Source: Chromera velia (lineage: Eukaryota). From it: a DNA stretch of 64,000 nt. The notes beneath the pieces were generated by a model. That model saw only the letters and a program-made list of their open reading frames with translations, searched no databases and was not told where the DNA came from. The first letter of the stretch is position 1, and each line of letters starts with the position of its first letter. Positions 60,656-64,000 of the stretch are shown in pieces. Where the stretch lies: NCBI GenBank assembly GCA_018398765.1, contig JAHBMJ010000057.1:1-64000 (forward strand), in the 5' to 3' direction. The translations under genes were made by a program, and so were the position numbers.

Positions 60656-63466
60656 TGGGGGGTCCAAGAGGGAGGGCTTGGTGTGCAGTTAGGTCGGAAT
60701 GGCTCTCTGCATTATTGCAAGGGAGTTGGTTCGATTCGTTTGGCTCTCTGCGTCTTTCCCGCGTCTTCACGCTCCCTCCCCCCCCCCCCNNNNNNNNNCC
60801 CCCCCCCCCCCCCCTTCTGTGTGTGTGTGTGTGTGTGTGTGTGTTGTCATGTAGCGTAAGATGGTTCCCGTTGATGTTCAATCCGATCTCCTCTTCTTCT
60901 TGTTCTGCCTTTTTTTCTGTTTGCAGATCTTCCACGAGTCTTGCCGTACGATCGACCCTCTGTCTGTGTATGCGCTGAGATTCCACAGCCAGGGCAGGGT
61001 GCGTCCTGTGATTGTGGACGATCTCTGTCCCTGTTTGTCTCTCTCTGTGTCGGGGGGCAGCGGGAGTGGTAGTGGGGGGTCCACCCATGTGCCCTCCAAC
61101 TCGGGTGTCCTCACGGGGACGGGAACGGGCACGGCGGCGTCCTCTTCTAACAGCAAGTCGCCCCCCCTGCCTGCGAATGTGACCGTGAACGGGGGGGCGA
61201 ACTCGGAGGGGGGGGGCTCGTCGTCTGTCGCTGTTGCTGTGGCCTCTGTAGCGCCTCCTTCGGTCTTCCCAGAGACTGGTCGGTCGGTGCCTCTGTCTGG
61301 CTGTCTCTCTGTCTGTGTGGCTGTTGCTGCTGTGGTTTTGGTGGTTTTCTCAGTGAGTTGTGGCATGAGAATATTGGTGTGTGAGCGTGCCGGAGCGTGG
61401 TTTGGCTGCTGTGGAAGAGAGAAAGCTCTGACCCGTTCCTTTTGCAGAACCCTGAAAATTGCTCCGTGTCTCTTTTCTCTTAGCGAGAGAATGTCTTCCA
61501 GACTCGTTTGCTTTCTACTATCTAATTTCTATCTGCTCTGATTAATTAATTCTTTCGATCGTCTTGAGTTGCAGGATTGTCCCGGAAGCCCCTCTTTGCG
61601 CGTCCCGGCTGGCACGCCGACAGGGACCACTACAGACCCCCCCCGATATGGCCGATCCTAGTAGAGAAAGCCTACGCCAAGCTCCACGGGTCCTTCAGAG
61701 CCCTAGAGGGGGGTCTAGTGCACCTGGCACTAGGAGACCTCACGGGGGGGTGGGGGGACGTTCTACCTCTGAAACCTCTCACACGGCAGGCTCAGCAACA
61801 GCAGCAGCGGCAGCAGGGGCAAATGCCAGAGGGCATGCCGGGGCCCGGGTCTGCCGGGGTGGGCCTTGCAGAGGGGGGGGGGTCCTCTTCTTCTTCCTCG
61901 ACGGCGGCCGTTGTGTCGTCTGCCCTGCAGGGTGGGGGGTTCAGTCAGTGGCAACCTGCGTCTGCATACTCTCAGGAGCAGTTGTGGGATCGCGTGCGGT
62001 CTGCTCACGTGAGGGGGTTTCTTCTCGGCGCAGGGACGGGAGTAAGGGCGTCGGAAGTTATGGGGCACAGCGTTTCGGCTCTGGGAATTGTTCGGGGTCA
62101 TGCGTATGCAATTTTGGACGTTCGGGACGTGGATGGGTTCCGGTTGGTGAAACTCCGCAACCCGTGGGGGGCAGTGTTGGACAGACGGCGGTCGTTTGGG
62201 GGGCCTGGGGATGCTTCACAGGGTGGTGTGTGGTTGGGAGAGTTTTGTGATGGGTCGCCGTCGTGGACGGTGAGGCTTTTGAATCTGTTGGGTGAACGTC
62301 GAGCTGTGCAGAGGAGACGGCGGTTTGGAGACGCGGGGGGTCCGGGAGACGGGACGTTTTGGTTGTTGTTCGCGGACTTTTGTGAGGAATTTGACGACGT
62401 GTACATCTGTCGTGTGTTCGAAGAGGGCCCCGGCGGGTCGGGAGATGGAGGGGGCATGCCGGGGTCCCCGTCTCTCCCGCAGCCTCTGCATGGAGGAATG
62501 GGGTTGCGGGCAGACAGAGACAGAGAGGGCGTTTTGGGGGTTTCGGGTTCTTCCTCGAACGCCGCCGCCCTCCCTCATCCCAGGTGGAAGAAGAAAGTGT
62601 TCCACGGAAGGTGGAGCGTGTCTGAGGGGACTGCGGGGGGCAGCACGAACTTTCGGTCTGTGTGGAGGAATCCGCATTTCCTCCTGACTGTGCAGGCGAA
62701 GACAATGGTCTACGCGGTGTTGCAACAAGAGCCCGCACCTGCACCGACAGAGACGGAGACGGAAAGGGAGAGGGAGACGGCGGCAGGGGGGCAGGTGCCG
62801 CCAGGGTCAGGAAGGAGACGGGTGGAGGTGCAGGGGAGCACTCCCGTTCCTCCACAGAGCAGCGGTGTGGTGGGGGGGGGACAGAGCGAGGAGACGGTGC
62901 CGGGGTCCCGGTTCCCCCCGATTGCCCTGGAGCTGTACGCCTTCGGGCACCGCGTGACGGGTGCGGAGGGGGACTGGCAGGGTTTGGTGAACAAGCACGA
63001 CAGCTACTGTCCCGTGCGAGAGGTCTGCAGGGAGTTTGCGTTGGTCCCCGGTCGTGTGTACACTCTGTTGACCTCGACTTTCGAGGCTGGGCAGGAGGGC
63101 GAGTTTGCCCTCACTGTCTTTTCGGAGACGGCGGCGGGTCTTTCCATCAAGCCGGCCCCCGCACCATCTGCTGAGGAGGAGAAGGCTTTGTCTGAGGGGA
63201 GGCAGGGGGCAGGAAGTCTAGCTCGGTGGGGCACGTCGGACTCTGAAAAGAGCCAGCAGGCTGCCGCAAGGGTGGGGGGTTCGCCGGGTGAGGTGAAAGA
63301 AGATGAGAAGAATTTAAATAAGGGCAAAGGATGGAGACGTTTTACACGGGGGGGTGGCGGGAAATCGCATGGACAGCCTGGCGGGCAGGGTGAAGGCCCC
63401 GTAAGGCGAATTTTCGGTTTTTTCCAGCGGCAGACGAGCTCGGGTTTAGACGCGAGTGGTACTTGA
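48316..63466 (+). CDS. Gene F: 16-exon, ~3,376-aa multi-pass membrane calpain (DEK1/TML-calpain-like: ~23 TM, long linker, CysPc, calpain domain III)
   Basis: Exons: 48316-48384, 48601-49197, 49489-50832, 51168-51281, 51650-52647, 53004-53255, 53536-53800, 54254-54433, 54824-55111, 55577-55625, 55869-56004, 56391-57210, 57448-57795, 58036-60462, 60927-61278, 61575-63466. Phases consistent, 10,131 nt. Triad: DQGELGSCWLLAAL (Cys), GIVRGHAYAILDV (His), LVKLRNPWG (Asn). Also WPILVEKAYAKLHGSF..LEGG..ALGDLTGG. Domain III: GRWSVSEGTAGGSTNF..NPHF and STFEAGQEGEFALTVFS. Confidence 0.86.
60000..63130 (+). other. Calpain catalytic (CysPc) and C2-like domain III region of gene F
   Basis: FKDSDQFPP, WVRPE, QGELGSCW, VIVDD, GHAY, RNPWG, DGTFWLLFADFCEEFDDVYICR. 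Several Gly/Ser/Gln-rich insertions interrupt the domain. Confidence 0.92.
60790..60798. other. Assembly gap (N run) inside a poly-C tract in a calpain intron
   Basis: Run of N between C homopolymers. Confidence 0.98.
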
Positions 63467-64000
63467 AGAGGGGGGATTGAATATTGAGAATGTTGGAGGA
63501 GGGGGCGGACAGGGGGTAACAGGGAGTACACGTAGTAAACGAACTTTATATATGCCGACGCAAAGTCATTGCATAGTCTGAAACATTGAGAGAAACATAG
63601 AGCATGTTAATCAGACTATATTCTAAAACTTTAAAAAAGATGTTTAAATACCTAGTTAAATATTTATATTAACTTAAACACATGAAGTAATTTAATGTAC
63701 GATATGATATACTAGATATAGCCAGATGATGTGTTATGTAGAAATTACTCGGTAATTTGTGTAAATTTACCGTGTACGGTGATGATCTATCAGGAATTTT
63801 ACCCAACACACTCTCTATGTTATTAAACAATTTGAAGGTTTTGTTATATATGCCGCGTCTAGTCATATCCCATTATAAAAGGGGTGGATCTAACCTAGTT
63901 TGTCAAAAGGTCTAAGAACAACTGAACAAGTCTGCTCATTGATCACTTTCAATGCATGGCCTATCATTCATACATACCTGATTAATGATTTTAACGCAGT

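Noticed and set aside
1..64000. tRNA, rRNA or autonomous transposon/retroelement ORFs
   Set aside because: No such structures, and no transposase, RT or integrase motifs, recognised by eye. A covariance-model search was not possible.

Overview
Eukaryotic, intron-rich DNA, not prokaryotic. The GTCAGT/GTGGGT donors, TGCAG acceptors, GACA/CA/GA microsatellites in introns and the gene content suggest an alveolate such as the chromerid Chromera (inference). Manual phase-checked splicing gives six protein-coding genes in strictly alternating orientation, forming three head-to-head pairs. (A, minus) 17 exons, ~2,190 aa, with a degenerate cyclic-nucleotide-binding domain and six GPSMFDFF-type motifs. 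(B, plus) ~40 exons, ~3,770 aa surface protein: signal peptide, 7-blade RCC1/BLIP-II propeller, 23 EGF, 3 Sushi, 2 HYR, Cys-rich region and a ~9-TM CRMP-like membrane domain. (C, minus) LSM12-like. (D, plus) PRA1-family. (E, minus) Vti1-like Qb-SNARE with no apparent TM anchor. (F, plus) 16 exons, ~3,380 aa DEK1-like calpain with ~23 TM segments and an intact triad. The most striking non-coding pattern is more than a dozen local 2-3x duplications, mostly of exon-intron junctions. Their copies are often separated by one of two recurrent small palindromic elements (ATGCATTCATTTTCATACAG-type and TGACGCACGCAA-type). AT-rich, CTAG-enriched blocks sit downstream of gene 3' ends, and two hairpins each abut a long GA/CT tract. 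All gene models are by-eye predictions without RNA or database support.
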